Virus record (IMG/VR): IMGVR_UViG_3300030451_005783
DNA length: 64,000 nt
Source: a virus
Reading direction: 5' to 3' (one strand)
The position numbers were made by a program, and so were the translations under genes. This document shows, piece after piece, positions 1 through 9,552 of the stretch (positions are counted from its first letter, which is position 1; each line of letters begins with the position of its first letter). Under the pieces are notes generated by a model, which was not told the DNA's origin, searched no databases, and worked only from the letters and a program-made list of their open reading frames with translations.

Positions 1-1
1 C

Positions 2-442
2 GATACTGGTCTTGTAAGGCTTGGTAATATGTTATATAAAGCAGATCCAAGCGGAGATTTTAATCTAGGATTAAATAGAGATAGAATAAACAAAGGCTTA
101 CACATTAAGCAACAGACCAGAGTTACAGAAACACATACGGGGTCTGTTATTGTTGAAACAGACGATGTCCGTTCTGCTAAAATCGACATAGATGTTGAGG
201 AGATACAATCAACTAGCAGGCTGAAGCCTCAACTTGATGTTGGTCTGCCTGAAGCATTTCATCCCACAGTAATCAATACAACGTTTTTAGTTAATACGTT
301 GACTGATGCTGAACTATATTTTCCACAATTTAATAATATTGGTTATCGTACTACATTTCCTGAATTTTACTACACAATTCATGGTACCGGTAATTTTACA
401 GCACCTGCCTATGTAACTAATTGGAGAGATGATTATGAGTAG
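2..442 (+). CDS. Hypothetical protein, probably 5'-truncated by the window edge
   Basis: Track ORF 29..442; the frame is also open from base 2 (DTGLVRLGN-M); stop overlaps the next gene start. Confidence 0.6.
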   Translation, partial: DTGLVRLGNMLYKADPSGDFNLGLNRDRINKGLHIKQQTRVTETHTGSVIVETDDVRSAKIDIDVEEIQSTSRLKPQLDVGLPEAFHPTVINTTFLVNTLTDAELYFPQFNNIGYRTTFPEFYYTIHGTGNFTAPAYVTNWRDDYE

Positions 443-2081
443 AGTTAGAGAGAGATTTGAAACAATCGTACCTAATGCTCAACAAAAATTAGATCTAATA
501 GTTGAACAAAGCTTTTGTGGGATTCCTGCCACTGTCCCTGATATTATACAAGAACAAAGTTTTTGTGGTGTCGGCCAAACTAATATTTCCAGACCTATCC
601 CCGCAGGAACAAAGAATCAATTTGATCAGGACTTTCCTAATTTCCCTCTGCCTCCACTTCCAACTAAACCCGATCCTCCAGACCCCACCACACCGAATAA
701 ACCAACGGTACCGCAAAATCCCAATCCTCCTACAGACAAACCATTTCTACCACCAAGTCCTGATCCTGATCCTAACGACACATGCGGATTGTTTACCCCC
801 AGTGACTCTGGGTGTTTAAAATTTGATATGGATGCTATTAGAACTATACAGATGAAGTCTACTGATATTTTAGCACACTATGTTGATTTAGGTGGGCCAA
901 CTGACCCTATGGTAGACTCAATGACTGCTCAGTGCGGAGACCGTCATCCTTCTGGAATAGCTTCAGACGACGCATGTTTATTCACTCTTGGGGTAGCTAA
1001 AAATTTTCAAATTGACATGGCTGTTAGTAGTAGTGGAGACTGTGCGACTAGAGATGCTGCTGATCAAAGCTCTATACAAAAATACGTTGATGCTGGTGGA
1101 TCTCTTGTTGACACACAGATTAATAGTGTTACTGTAACAACTACTACCGGCGACGGAAACGCTAACTGTATAGGTGACTTAAAGAAGGTGTTGGACTATG
1201 AGGTAGAGGTTACAATACCAGAAGGTTTTTATGTATCGCATGATGGTCCTTTAGGTTTTGCTGGCAGACCCCAGAAAAAAAGCTTATCATATGGCTGGAT
1301 TAAAGCAGGATCATATTTCTTAGATAGCCCAGCTTTTAAAACAAAAAATTCTACAAGAGTACACGAATATCTAACTAACTTAAAATTAGGCAGGGCTGTT
1401 GAAGGATTTCATGGAGCTGGAGAATTTAGATATGATCACCGTCATCCTAATTACTATTTGATTGCTGGTGGCAGAGGTATAAATACCTATAGTATTGACG
1501 GTACCACAGTTTATTATAGCGGATCTCCCTTATCGGACGAAAATCCATATGATGGATATGTTGTTGAGGGGTTGGGTACAGCATCATCTCCTTTAAAAGT
1601 TAATTGGGTTCCCTTTAGCCATAGAAAAACTCTTGATCCACGCATCTTTGCTAATGTGTATGGTCCCGCTAGGGGTGTTACTCTACGAGATATCAGAAAG
1701 TATGATACTCGCAACCAGCATAACATGCTCCATAAATTTACTGTTAGTCAAAAGGGTACGCTGATCGTTAGAATAAAAAGTCTAGTTGGCCCTAATAAAA
1801 CTATGACGGCGTTTAAGAGTCGGATCGGTGATAGGGGTAAGGATTCAACACGCAACTATGGATTAAATGTAACTAGTAGTGCATCGAAAGAATACTTTCA
1901 AGGAGAATATAAGTCTATACCTTTTGATTTTAGCTACACGATGGACTACGTCCCAGGATCTTCAAACACGAGTGGTGCAGTGTTTGGTGGTGGCTCTATG
2001 ATATTCGATTCCTATTTTTGTGACCCTATAGCAATATCAGGGTATGAAGTATATGGCTCACCTACTTATTATGGTTATTAA
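435..2081 (+). CDS. Hypothetical protein with duplicated EQSFCG motif and Pro-rich linker; possibly virion-associated
   Basis: 550 aa ORF (track start 429); GGAG at 423-426 fits ATG 435; Pro-rich stretch PPLPTKPDPPDPTTPNKP. Confidence 0.7.
   Translation: MSRVRERFETIVPNAQQKLDLIVEQSFCGIPATVPDIIQEQSFCGVGQTNISRPIPAGTKNQFDQDFPNFPLPPLPTKPDPPDPTTPNKPTVPQNPNPPTDKPFLPPSPDPDPNDTCGLFTPSDSGCLKFDMDAIRTIQMKSTDILAHYVDLGGPTDPMVDSMTAQCGDRHPSGIASDDACLFTLGVAKNFQIDMAVSSSGDCATRDAADQSSIQKYVDAGGSLVDTQINSVTVTTTTGDGNANCIGDLKKVLDYEVEVTIPEGFYVSHDGPLGFAGRPQKKSLSYGWIKAGSYFLDSPAFKTKNSTRVHEYLTNLKLGRAVEGFHGAGEFRYDHRHPNYYLIAGGRGINTYSIDGTTVYYSGSPLSDENPYDGYVVEGLGTASSPLKVNWVPFSHRKTLDPRIFANVYGPARGVTLRDIRKYDTRNQHNMLHKFTVSQKGTLIVRIKSLVGPNKTMTAFKSRIGDRGKDSTRNYGLNVTSSASKEYFQGEYKSIPFDFSYTMDYVPGSSNTSGAVFGGGSMIFDSYFCDPIAISGYEVYGSPTYYGY
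504..568 (+). repeat. Two 17-nt direct repeats, 48-nt period, encoding EQSFCG
   Basis: GAACAAAGCTTTTGTGG (504-520) and GAACAAAGTTTTTGTGG (552-568). Confidence 0.7.
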
Positions 2082-2768
2082 ATGGCTAAATTAATAAAAC
2101 AAATAAATGATCGTATAAATATAGACAAAATTACATACGTTGATAATTTTGAATATAAGCAGTCGCACTATGCATCTATGGATTTTCCAGAACTAGGCAA
2201 GATAGACCTATTCAATATAGTCAGCGATCCTGCAAAAAACTCTAGTCAAACTACTAAAAATGAATTATTATATTTGCAGAGACTGACTAAAAATCTAAGC
2301 AAGTCTGATGTAGATTTAGTTTACAAAGTAGATGATGATCCTATGTATTTATTTAAAGAGTTTGTTTTTGATAACAAACTAGAATTTCCTACACAATTTT
2401 TTACGGTGATGTATTATACTTGTGTAATAGCAGTCGTAGATCATTTAAAATACTTCTATAATAGAGCAAGGCCATATCAATTGGCTGACTATTATAATAT
2501 AAAAATAAATAGAATAGTTACAAAAACACACGGTACTCCAGCTTATCCTAGTGGCCACACTATGTATGCAGGTTTAATAGCTGAAATACTTGCAGACAAA
2601 TATCCGAAACACTCAAACAAATTAAATACATTTGTTGATATGTGCGGCAAAGCTAGAGAACTTCAAGGTGTACACTACCCTTCTGATAATGAAGCATCTA
2701 AAAAAATCATAAAAACAATTTACCCTCAACTTAAAAAATATTACACAGGAGTAGGCTATGAGTTATAA
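2082..2768 (+). CDS. PAP2 / vanadium-haloperoxidase-superfamily phosphatase
   Basis: All three PAP2 motifs present: KYFYNRARP, YPSGH, ARELQGVHYPSD. Confidence 0.85.
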   Translation: MAKLIKQINDRINIDKITYVDNFEYKQSHYASMDFPELGKIDLFNIVSDPAKNSSQTTKNELLYLQRLTKNLSKSDVDLVYKVDDDPMYLFKEFVFDNKLEFPTQFFTVMYYTCVIAVVDHLKYFYNRARPYQLADYYNIKINRIVTKTHGTPAYPSGHTMYAGLIAEILADKYPKHSNKLNTFVDMCGKARELQGVHYPSDNEASKKIIKTIYPQLKKYYTGVGYEL

Positions 2769-3159
2769 AGATATTCTTTCCGGCGTTGAACAAGAACTGA
2801 AATCCAAGTCTAAAGCAGAAAAAACTGATGATCTGTTTTCTGTAAATGTTAAAGCATTAGAGTCTATCGTAGCTAATGCTCAAATTTTACTTGATTCCAT
2901 CGAAGAACCTTCTGTAAAACAGCACTTGACAGCTAGCTGGTTACAGGGTAAAATTGCTATAACAGAAGACTACATGGAAACAATCCATGATTTTGTAAAG
3001 TATAGTGCTTCTGCTGACGATAAAGAAGATATGGCTCCTGCAAGTTTGTGGGAGAACATAAGAAAGAAAAAGCTTCGTGAAGGTAAAAAGTATCGACCAG
3101 CAAAGCCCGGCGATAAAGACAGACCTAACAAGGAGGCTTGGAAAAGAGCACAAGGTTAA
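2758..3159 (+). CDS. Hypothetical protein with basic C-terminus
   Basis: 133 aa ORF overlapping the upstream stop; WLQGKIAITEDY and LWENIRKKK segments resemble modules I recall from small phage proteins. Confidence 0.65.
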   Translation: MSYKDILSGVEQELKSKSKAEKTDDLFSVNVKALESIVANAQILLDSIEEPSVKQHLTASWLQGKIAITEDYMETIHDFVKYSASADDKEDMAPASLWENIRKKKLREGKKYRPAKPGDKDRPNKEAWKRAQG

Positions 3160-3181
3160 TTTTTAAACAAAGGAACTATAA

Positions 3182-3757
3182 ATGGATAATGTTGAATTTG
3201 ACGATTTGAAGGTATATTTAAACTTGGCTAAAAAAACTATCAATAAATTTGGTGGTTCCTTAGCTAAAGAAATGTTGAAAAGCGAAGACGCCATTTCTGA
3301 TGTAGCCAGCGCAATCATGCAAGGTGATTGGAAGTGGGACGCAAATAGAACAGGTAAAACTGGACAGAAAAAAACTAGATATTCATACAGAAATCAATGT
3401 GCTATCTGGGCCATACAAACCTATGCTACTAAAAAGTATAAGGCTCCCAAAAAGTCTTCGCTGGATTTTGCCAAAGATGATGATTCTGCCAACATGAAAG
3501 ACAGGATACCATCAAAAGAGAAAGATCCATGCAGTATTCTCATAGAAAAAGAATCTGAAAATATTTTTCACAGAGATATAATTGACATATTAAATTCAGA
3601 TTTAGTTACAGACAATCAAAGAGAATACATCAAGCTGTATTATTTTGAAGGCTATACTCTTGAAAAAATAGGAAAACGCTTTAATATAACAAGAGAGGCC
3701 GTTAGACAAAATATACATAAAGCACTAAGAAACATTAAAAACCTAGTAGATGTTTAA
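3182..3757 (+). CDS. Phage sigma-70-like RNA polymerase sigma factor
   Basis: Region-4 HTH YYFEGYTLEKIGKRFNITREAVRQNIHKAL; region-2-like RYSYRNQCAIWAI; SD AAGGA upstream. Confidence 0.8.
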   Translation: MDNVEFDDLKVYLNLAKKTINKFGGSLAKEMLKSEDAISDVASAIMQGDWKWDANRTGKTGQKKTRYSYRNQCAIWAIQTYATKKYKAPKKSSLDFAKDDDSANMKDRIPSKEKDPCSILIEKESENIFHRDIIDILNSDLVTDNQREYIKLYYFEGYTLEKIGKRFNITREAVRQNIHKALRNIKNLVDV

Positions 3758-4106
3758 TTTCTTTAAAAAAAAACCGAAGCTAGAACTAGAAGACCAATCT
3801 GTTATTAATATTCGCTTTAGGGTGGATCCATTTGGTGAAGTGGATATTGATATAGATTGGGTTAGTTCTGAACCAGCAATAGCAATGCTGTTAGCTAATT
3901 TACTAAATAATATAAATAATGGTTATTATAGTACCAATATAGTAGAAATACTATCAGATGCTATGCAGGATGATGAAAGTATAAAGCCTTTTATAACCGA
4001 GGCTTTAAATAATTGGAAAAATATCACTCTGCTAGAATCTGCGAAACAAATACCTATAGTCAGACCTTCAGACTTTAGCCAAACTATTAATAAAAATGAA
4101 CAATAA
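3750..4106 (+). CDS. Hypothetical protein
   Basis: 118 aa ORF overlapping both neighbours. Confidence 0.65.
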   Translation: MFNFFKKKPKLELEDQSVINIRFRVDPFGEVDIDIDWVSSEPAIAMLLANLLNNINNGYYSTNIVEILSDAMQDDESIKPFITEALNNWKNITLLESAKQIPIVRPSDFSQTINKNEQ

Positions 4107-4515
4107 AATAATATGGGAAAAATGGGTAGACCCGTATCTACCAGAAAACGTAGAAAGTCAGTGGCCAGATTATGAAGAATCACAAGATAGGCAGGAAGAT
4201 GCAGAAGATGCAGAAGATAATGATAATGAACCAGAGATAAAAAGGCATTTAATGTATGCTATATCTTCGCCCATGGGAATAATTCCATATAATGAATATA
4301 GTGCTCCTAGTAAAGTATTCAATTTTTGGGTAGGTCATACAAATTTTAATATCACTCAACCTGTAGCAAATATTATAGAAAGTACAGAAGGCATAGAAAT
4401 TTTAGATATTTTTACCAGATATAGATTCAGGATAGCTATAGGTAAAAATTTCAAAGACAGGAACGTAATGAATACTGTCAATAAACTTATAGGAATTTAT
4501 TTGCATGAACAATGA
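4096..4515 (+). CDS. Hypothetical protein with acidic tract
   Basis: 139 aa ORF, EDAEDAEDNDNE, coupled to clpP. Confidence 0.65.
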   Translation: MNNKIIWEKWVDPYLPENVESQWPDYEESQDRQEDAEDAEDNDNEPEIKRHLMYAISSPMGIIPYNEYSAPSKVFNFWVGHTNFNITQPVANIIESTEGIEILDIFTRYRFRIAIGKNFKDRNVMNTVNKLIGIYLHEQ

Positions 4516-5176
4516 ACAAAACGATCTCCTGTACGACCTGCATAATTATTCTGCAAGTTTAAAAACCAGAGAAATATTTTTACATAATCATTTTTCTTCT
4601 GACGATAGCAATCCGGGAGTAGAGTATCGGATGGCTAATACTTTTATAAAAAACATTAATGCTTTAGATAACCATAATCATAACCATATTTTGATTCACA
4701 TGCAAAGTGTCGGTGGAGAGTGGCCCGATGGTATGGCTATTTATGATGCCATTACTCACTGCCAATCTTATGTTACTATTATAGCTTATGGGCAAGCAGA
4801 AAGTATGAGTAGTATCATTTTACAGGCGGCTGATTCTAGAATTGTGACACCTAACTCATATTTTATGTGTCACTATGGATCTAGTGATGCTACTGGAGAA
4901 TATTTAAATGTACAGAATTGGATGGCTTATGAAAAACACATTTGTAATATTATGTTAGATATTTATGCGGGACAGTGTGTAAATGGTAAATTTTTTAAAG
5001 ATAAGTATGGAGATAAATTAACAATAACAAAAGTTAAAAACTTTTTAAATACAAAGTTAAAACAAGGCGATTGGTATATTAATGCTGAGGATACTGTGCA
5101 TTATGGGTTTGCAGATGGTGTATTAGGAAGTAGAAATTATTCTAATATTAAGCAAGTTAAAAATATATCGTCATGA
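4505..5176 (+). CDS. clpP: ClpP-family serine protease
   Basis: HMQSVGGEWPDGMAIYDAI, GQAESMSSIILQAA (catalytic Ser), YFMCH (His), WYINAEDTVHYGFAD. Confidence 0.85.
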   Translation: MNNEQNDLLYDLHNYSASLKTREIFLHNHFSSDDSNPGVEYRMANTFIKNINALDNHNHNHILIHMQSVGGEWPDGMAIYDAITHCQSYVTIIAYGQAESMSSIILQAADSRIVTPNSYFMCHYGSSDATGEYLNVQNWMAYEKHICNIMLDIYAGQCVNGKFFKDKYGDKLTITKVKNFLNTKLKQGDWYINAEDTVHYGFADGVLGSRNYSNIKQVKNISS

Positions 5177-5832
5177 AAATTTTAGAGTATGGATACTACG
5201 ACATATCATCAAATGATACAGAAGTAAAAGAAAACATAACCAAAGCTGTTGCCTTATCTACTGATGTTGTATCTGTACTACCGGGATATCTAAGAGTCGC
5301 AAAAAATATTCTAAAAAATACAGACACTATTCTATCCACAGTAATAGATTATCCTTTTGGTACATCTTGTTTGCAAGCAAGAAAAGAAGAAACAGAAAAT
5401 GCCCTTAAATGTGGTGCTAAAATCATAGAATTAGTAGCGCCCAATCATTCGCTTTGCAATAAAAAATACGACAGATTTAGAAAAGATATTAATGAACAAA
5501 AGACTTTGTGTGATAGATATGATGCAGAGCTTAGGTATATAGTAGATTATAGAACATATACAGAATATATGCTTTTTAAAATTTGCTCTATGGTTGCTGC
5601 ACATCAGGTAGATACTATATATCCCTCAAACAACTATATGCTGGACAATATAGTGGACAATTTAATAGCGTCTATGATGATTGCTAAAAAAATACCTTAT
5701 ATTAACGTAATTGTTAATGGTAATGCTTGGAATGAAAAACAGATAAATTTGATATTAAACACCGATAAAATTTACGGATATAAGACAAATAATATATTAA
5801 CCCTGGAAAATTTAAGCAAAAATTGTGTATAG
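5173..5832 (+). CDS. DeoC (deoxyribose-phosphate aldolase)-like TIM barrel, catalytic lysines apparently lost
   Basis: STVIDYPFG and ALKCGAKIIELV match DeoC; RYIVDY and DTIYPSNN replace KVIxE and FxKTSTG. Confidence 0.65.
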   Translation: MKILEYGYYDISSNDTEVKENITKAVALSTDVVSVLPGYLRVAKNILKNTDTILSTVIDYPFGTSCLQARKEETENALKCGAKIIELVAPNHSLCNKKYDRFRKDINEQKTLCDRYDAELRYIVDYRTYTEYMLFKICSMVAAHQVDTIYPSNNYMLDNIVDNLIASMMIAKKIPYINVIVNGNAWNEKQINLILNTDKIYGYKTNNILTLENLSKNCV

Positions 5833-5835
5833 TAA
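5823..5835 (+). promoter_or_regulatory. Putative phage promoter motif, copy 1 (TTGTGTATAGTAA)
   Basis: Matches T-K-G-K-GTATANTAA, as at 8902 and 10921; 32 nt before ATG 5868. Confidence 0.45.
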
Positions 5836-5867
5836 GGTAAGATAAACTTTTACCAAAAAGGCACAAT

Positions 5868-6320
5868 ATGGCTACTTTTTCATTAGGATATAATAACTAC
5901 ACCCTCAGTTCTTTTACAAATCATACAACAGCACATTCTATAAATAATACTGTCAACAAAGCTGTCAATAGTGAGCCTAAATACAATGTTGGTAGTGGTA
6001 TTTTCAGTGATGGAGGAAATCCACCGGTTGTTGTAACGAATTTTGCTGCTGCTCCTAGTGGCACTTTTAATTTTAGAGGAGGAAATCTATCTCAAGCAGC
6101 AGGTAGAGATAATCGCAAGGCAGATCTTTCATCTCGATCTACAATCAGTTATGCTGGAAGCGTTGTAAGAGACGGTTCTGTACTAGATCAAAGTACTACT
6201 AGAACTATGGTAAATCCTGTTCGTAAAGACAATTATCCTGGATATAATGTTTTTGGAACAGAATCTAATATTCAATATATTTATGCCGCAAATTTTCGCG
6301 GATATGTATCATACTATTAA
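5868..6320 (+). CDS. Hypothetical Ser/Thr/Gly/Asn-rich protein, possibly virion
   Basis: 150 aa ORF with AAGG upstream. Confidence 0.65.
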   Translation: MATFSLGYNNYTLSSFTNHTTAHSINNTVNKAVNSEPKYNVGSGIFSDGGNPPVVVTNFAAAPSGTFNFRGGNLSQAAGRDNRKADLSSRSTISYAGSVVRDGSVLDQSTTRTMVNPVRKDNYPGYNVFGTESNIQYIYAANFRGYVSYY

Positions 6321-6350
6321 ATCATTGCATGAAAGGCTCTAGGTTTTAAA

Positions 6351-8216
6351 ATGGCTTTTAACCAAACTCAATGCGATCACTATTCTAGATACTTAAAACA
6401 GGAAATAGACAAAGTAGTAGCCCAAGACGCTATTATAAAATCTTTAACCGATCAGTACGCAGAGGCAGGGTGTGAAGATAACTGGGTTTTCGATGCCGAC
6501 TGTGATTCAATAAAGAAGCAGATTACGAGCGCTGAAAGAACCCGGCAGAAGGCCGAATACAATAGAAAAAAATTCCAAAATGAATGGATAGCGGGTGGCT
6601 GTATACCAGAATCAAGCGGCTGTAGGTTGGAATATTGGAATCCTATGTCTTGCATTAATGACATTGATCTTACTTATAGTTGTGATACTGCTAGTCATGA
6701 ATTTCAACAAAAGTGTTGCAAAGCCACATTCGACGTAACTTATTATTCAGGTTTGGTAGACGCATACGATGCTCGCAGATTGCAAATTGAAGCCAGCCTG
6801 TCTGAAGTTGCTCAAGCGATACAGGAAATAGAAACTTTGAAAAGTAGTAAAAAAGTTCAGGCCGGGTCCAATATTCAATACCCAGGAATAAACGCTGACC
6901 TGCTCTATACTACATTTAAAAACAATGCTATAGAAGCAGCTTCTGGTTTAGCAACTAATACAGGAGATTCTACCTCGGTCGTTTTTACTCTTGCTAGTGG
7001 TGTTACAGCAGAAGAGTTACAAGATAAATTGACTAGAAAAATTATGAGTTTTAGTGTTCTTGATCAGATTCTAGACATTAATTTCCCTACACCTGGCTCT
7101 TTTGGCTCTACCACACCATTGCCTACTGACCCATCAGGAACTAATGATTACTGCAAGAATCCTCCTCCTAGCACCATTGATATGGGCACCTATTTTACTT
7201 ATACAAAAGGCGACAAAGAAGCAATTGATGCTGGAATAGCTCAATATAATGATCAGGTTAAAAGAATACTTTCTTCTGACGGGGGTGAGCAGCTGTGGCG
7301 ACAGACACAGAACAGCTTTTTTCCAATCAATGAGTATGGAAAAATTGTATTTAACAGAGAGTATATAACAGGCAAAAAAGCCCAAGGATTTTGGAATAAC
7401 TTTAATAGTATTGTAGATCAATCTATTGATTTTGTCTTAAGCGTATATGGCACTAACGACAGTCTGACGGCAGATCAAGGCGCAATGGGCAGACTACAAA
7501 GTGATTTAAATAAAATCATGACAGAAAAAGAGAATGCTAGACAGAAATTTGCCAGTGCTGTACAATTCAAAGCTGAAGAAGTAGACAAGGTGATAGACAC
7601 CTACAATGCCCCGTCGAGTTACCTGCGACTTGTTGATGATCTAGGAAATGACATAACAAAAACGAATCTTGAGGAAATGATTCAAGATGGTCTTATAGGT
7701 TTAATAGCTGGTCGCATTGATAGTATCACTTATTTTACTTATCAAGGCTGCGGCACTCAATCGACCATAACATATGTTGATACTTTTCCAGCAACTTCAA
7801 GAAATAAAGCTTTTGGCACTCCACAGCCTAGTGGTGATTTCGCTAGGATGGGTATGCTAAAATTTGCTCAAGATTTTCATCCAGCGGTTCATATAGATGA
7901 AGGACAGGTTAGAGCACTATATAGTCGTGAAAATTCATGTTGTCTAGCAGACACAGCCGCAGTACTCGCCCAAGGGGGGCGGGAAAACTATGAAGATTGG
8001 TCTGAAAATAACGGAAAGTTTGCATATCCAATAACCATCTCATGTAAGGTTAAAGTACATATTGATCAAGCAACAAAAGATAGGATACGCAACTCTAAAA
8101 GCCTGGGACGAATACTTTCTACTGGTGTAATAGAAAATATAATAAATAATTTATCTGATGCAAATAATTGTGGCACCACACTAACCTACTGTATTGGAGA
8201 TTCGTTCGCAAGCTAA
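6351..8216 (+). CDS. Hypothetical protein with Cys-rich coiled-coil N-terminus
   Basis: 621 aa ORF; AAAGG upstream. Confidence 0.75.
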   Translation: MAFNQTQCDHYSRYLKQEIDKVVAQDAIIKSLTDQYAEAGCEDNWVFDADCDSIKKQITSAERTRQKAEYNRKKFQNEWIAGGCIPESSGCRLEYWNPMSCINDIDLTYSCDTASHEFQQKCCKATFDVTYYSGLVDAYDARRLQIEASLSEVAQAIQEIETLKSSKKVQAGSNIQYPGINADLLYTTFKNNAIEAASGLATNTGDSTSVVFTLASGVTAEELQDKLTRKIMSFSVLDQILDINFPTPGSFGSTTPLPTDPSGTNDYCKNPPPSTIDMGTYFTYTKGDKEAIDAGIAQYNDQVKRILSSDGGEQLWRQTQNSFFPINEYGKIVFNREYITGKKAQGFWNNFNSIVDQSIDFVLSVYGTNDSLTADQGAMGRLQSDLNKIMTEKENARQKFASAVQFKAEEVDKVIDTYNAPSSYLRLVDDLGNDITKTNLEEMIQDGLIGLIAGRIDSITYFTYQGCGTQSTITYVDTFPATSRNKAFGTPQPSGDFARMGMLKFAQDFHPAVHIDEGQVRALYSRENSCCLADTAAVLAQGGRENYEDWSENNGKFAYPITISCKVKVHIDQATKDRIRNSKSLGRILSTGVIENIINNLSDANNCGTTLTYCIGDSFAS

Positions 8217-8240
8217 CACTTGAAAAAGAGAGAGAGAATT

Positions 8241-8876
8241 ATGCCATTAGAAAATTTCGGTCCAAAACCATCGCCATCAGAAACATTATTATTTGGCAAC
8301 ACCGTACCTATATATGGATTTGATATTCCTATAAGTGGGAATGAAGCAACCTGCGAAGTTAGCCACTGTGGAACATGCGGAGAGTGTAGAAGAAAACTTT
8401 GGGTAGAGAATGGTAGCGAAAGTGTTCCAAATGATGGTGCTGGTAACCCTGGACTTAATCCATATAAAGCAAATGGTAGTTATATAATTGTAGAAGATCC
8501 TGATCCGTCAGCAAGTTCTTTTGTAGAGTATTATGGAGAATCCTTTAAATCACTAGCTGCTTTTAATGCTGTTTGCGATCAAGATACTGGCAGCAGAGTT
8601 ACAGACGCACCCGGTGGACCCGGTGGTACTGGGGTGATTAACCATACTGGATGTTATGATCCTTTGATTAGTTTTGACACAAATGTACCCAGCTTTGTAT
8701 ATGTCCCCACGCATCACAGAACCCAAACTGAATGCCTAGCATTTGCTGCTTCATTACCTAGTGGAGAGTCGGTCGCTTGGTATACCACCTATAACACCAG
8801 TACACCTTACTTATACAAAGGTATTGGTCTAGACGGAAATGCTGGATATAAGAACCCAAATGGCCCGACTGAATAA
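8241..8876 (+). CDS. Hypothetical protein with CxxCxxC motif
   Basis: Track start TTG 8220; ATG 8241 follows AGAGAG; CEVSHCGTCGEC. Confidence 0.65.
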   Translation: MPLENFGPKPSPSETLLFGNTVPIYGFDIPISGNEATCEVSHCGTCGECRRKLWVENGSESVPNDGAGNPGLNPYKANGSYIIVEDPDPSASSFVEYYGESFKSLAAFNAVCDQDTGSRVTDAPGGPGGTGVINHTGCYDPLISFDTNVPSFVYVPTHHRTQTECLAFAASLPSGESVAWYTTYNTSTPYLYKGIGLDGNAGYKNPNGPTE

Positions 8877-8901
8877 ATAAATAAATAGATATCAACCATT
8901 T

Positions 8902-8914
8902 TGGGGTATAATAA
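8902..8914 (+). promoter_or_regulatory. Putative phage promoter motif, copy 2 (TGGGGTATAATAA)
   Basis: Intergenic; contains TATAAT; 37 nt before ATG 8952. Confidence 0.5.
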
Positions 8915-8951
8915 TACTGCATATATGCCTATTTAACCATGGAGATTAATA

Positions 8952-9476
8952 ATGAGTACAAGAAAAGCACATAGCTCGGTTACCACTGAGGTAAATAATG
9001 GTGGTGCTGCTATCAACGTCGGAACACTAGCTTCAGATAGCCCTTTGAGTAAATCACTCAAATCGTCAGACGACACAGTAACCGTATTTGGTTCTACGGT
9101 TTCTACAGTTTCTGCTGATGTTAGAGGTATAACTGCTGGTGGAGCAGTTTTAAACACTGTTGCCAGCATTGGTGAACTTTATGAAACACCCGTTCAACCT
9201 GTTAAAAACTCTGTACACAAGCTGGTAAGTCAGAAAATAGCTGATACCACCACACAAATTCGTGCAGGTAAATTTAACAGCTTTGGTATTTCAGCACAAA
9301 CCAGTAATTTTAGCGTAGTTCCTAGTGGAGTTACTACAGCTTTCAACGAAACTACTTCTGGTGACACTCCTATCGACCAAGCTGTTGATGGCGGTGCTAA
9401 TGGTACTGGCGAATTAACCTTTAATCTTGGTGGTGCTAAACCTAGTGGTGTAGACTATGCTGCAAAGACTACATAA
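8952..9476 (+). CDS. Hypothetical Thr/Ser/Gly/Val-rich protein, possibly virion decoration
   Basis: 174 aa ORF, SD GGAG upstream, followed by a terminator-like hairpin. Confidence 0.7.
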   Translation: MSTRKAHSSVTTEVNNGGAAINVGTLASDSPLSKSLKSSDDTVTVFGSTVSTVSADVRGITAGGAVLNTVASIGELYETPVQPVKNSVHKLVSQKIADTTTQIRAGKFNSFGISAQTSNFSVVPSGVTTAFNETTSGDTPIDQAVDGGANGTGELTFNLGGAKPSGVDYAAKTT

Positions 9477-9496
9477 TTTAGTATTTTGAGTTAAAG

Positions 9497-9533
9497 ATAG
9501 GCCGATGGTGTAAAAACTATTGGTCTATTTTTA
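9497..9533 (+). terminator. Intrinsic terminator-like hairpin
   Basis: ATAGGCCGATGG-TGTAAAAA-CTATTGGTCTAT forms a 12-bp RNA stem (3 G-U pairs) followed by TTTT. Confidence 0.6.
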
Positions 9534-9552
9534 TATTTACTTGGAGAATATA

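Noticed and set aside
3762-3773. TTT plus A9 run as a programmed frameshift
   Set aside because: Encodes FKKK near a gene start in an AT-rich genome; no stimulatory structure or useful alternative frame noticed
4195-4218. GAAGATGCA tandem repeat
   Set aside because: Only encodes an acidic low-complexity tract (EDAEDAED)
8874-8887. (TAAA)3 repeat resembling the T4 late promoter TATAAATA
   Set aside because: Not an exact match; begins at a stop codon; expected in AT-rich DNA
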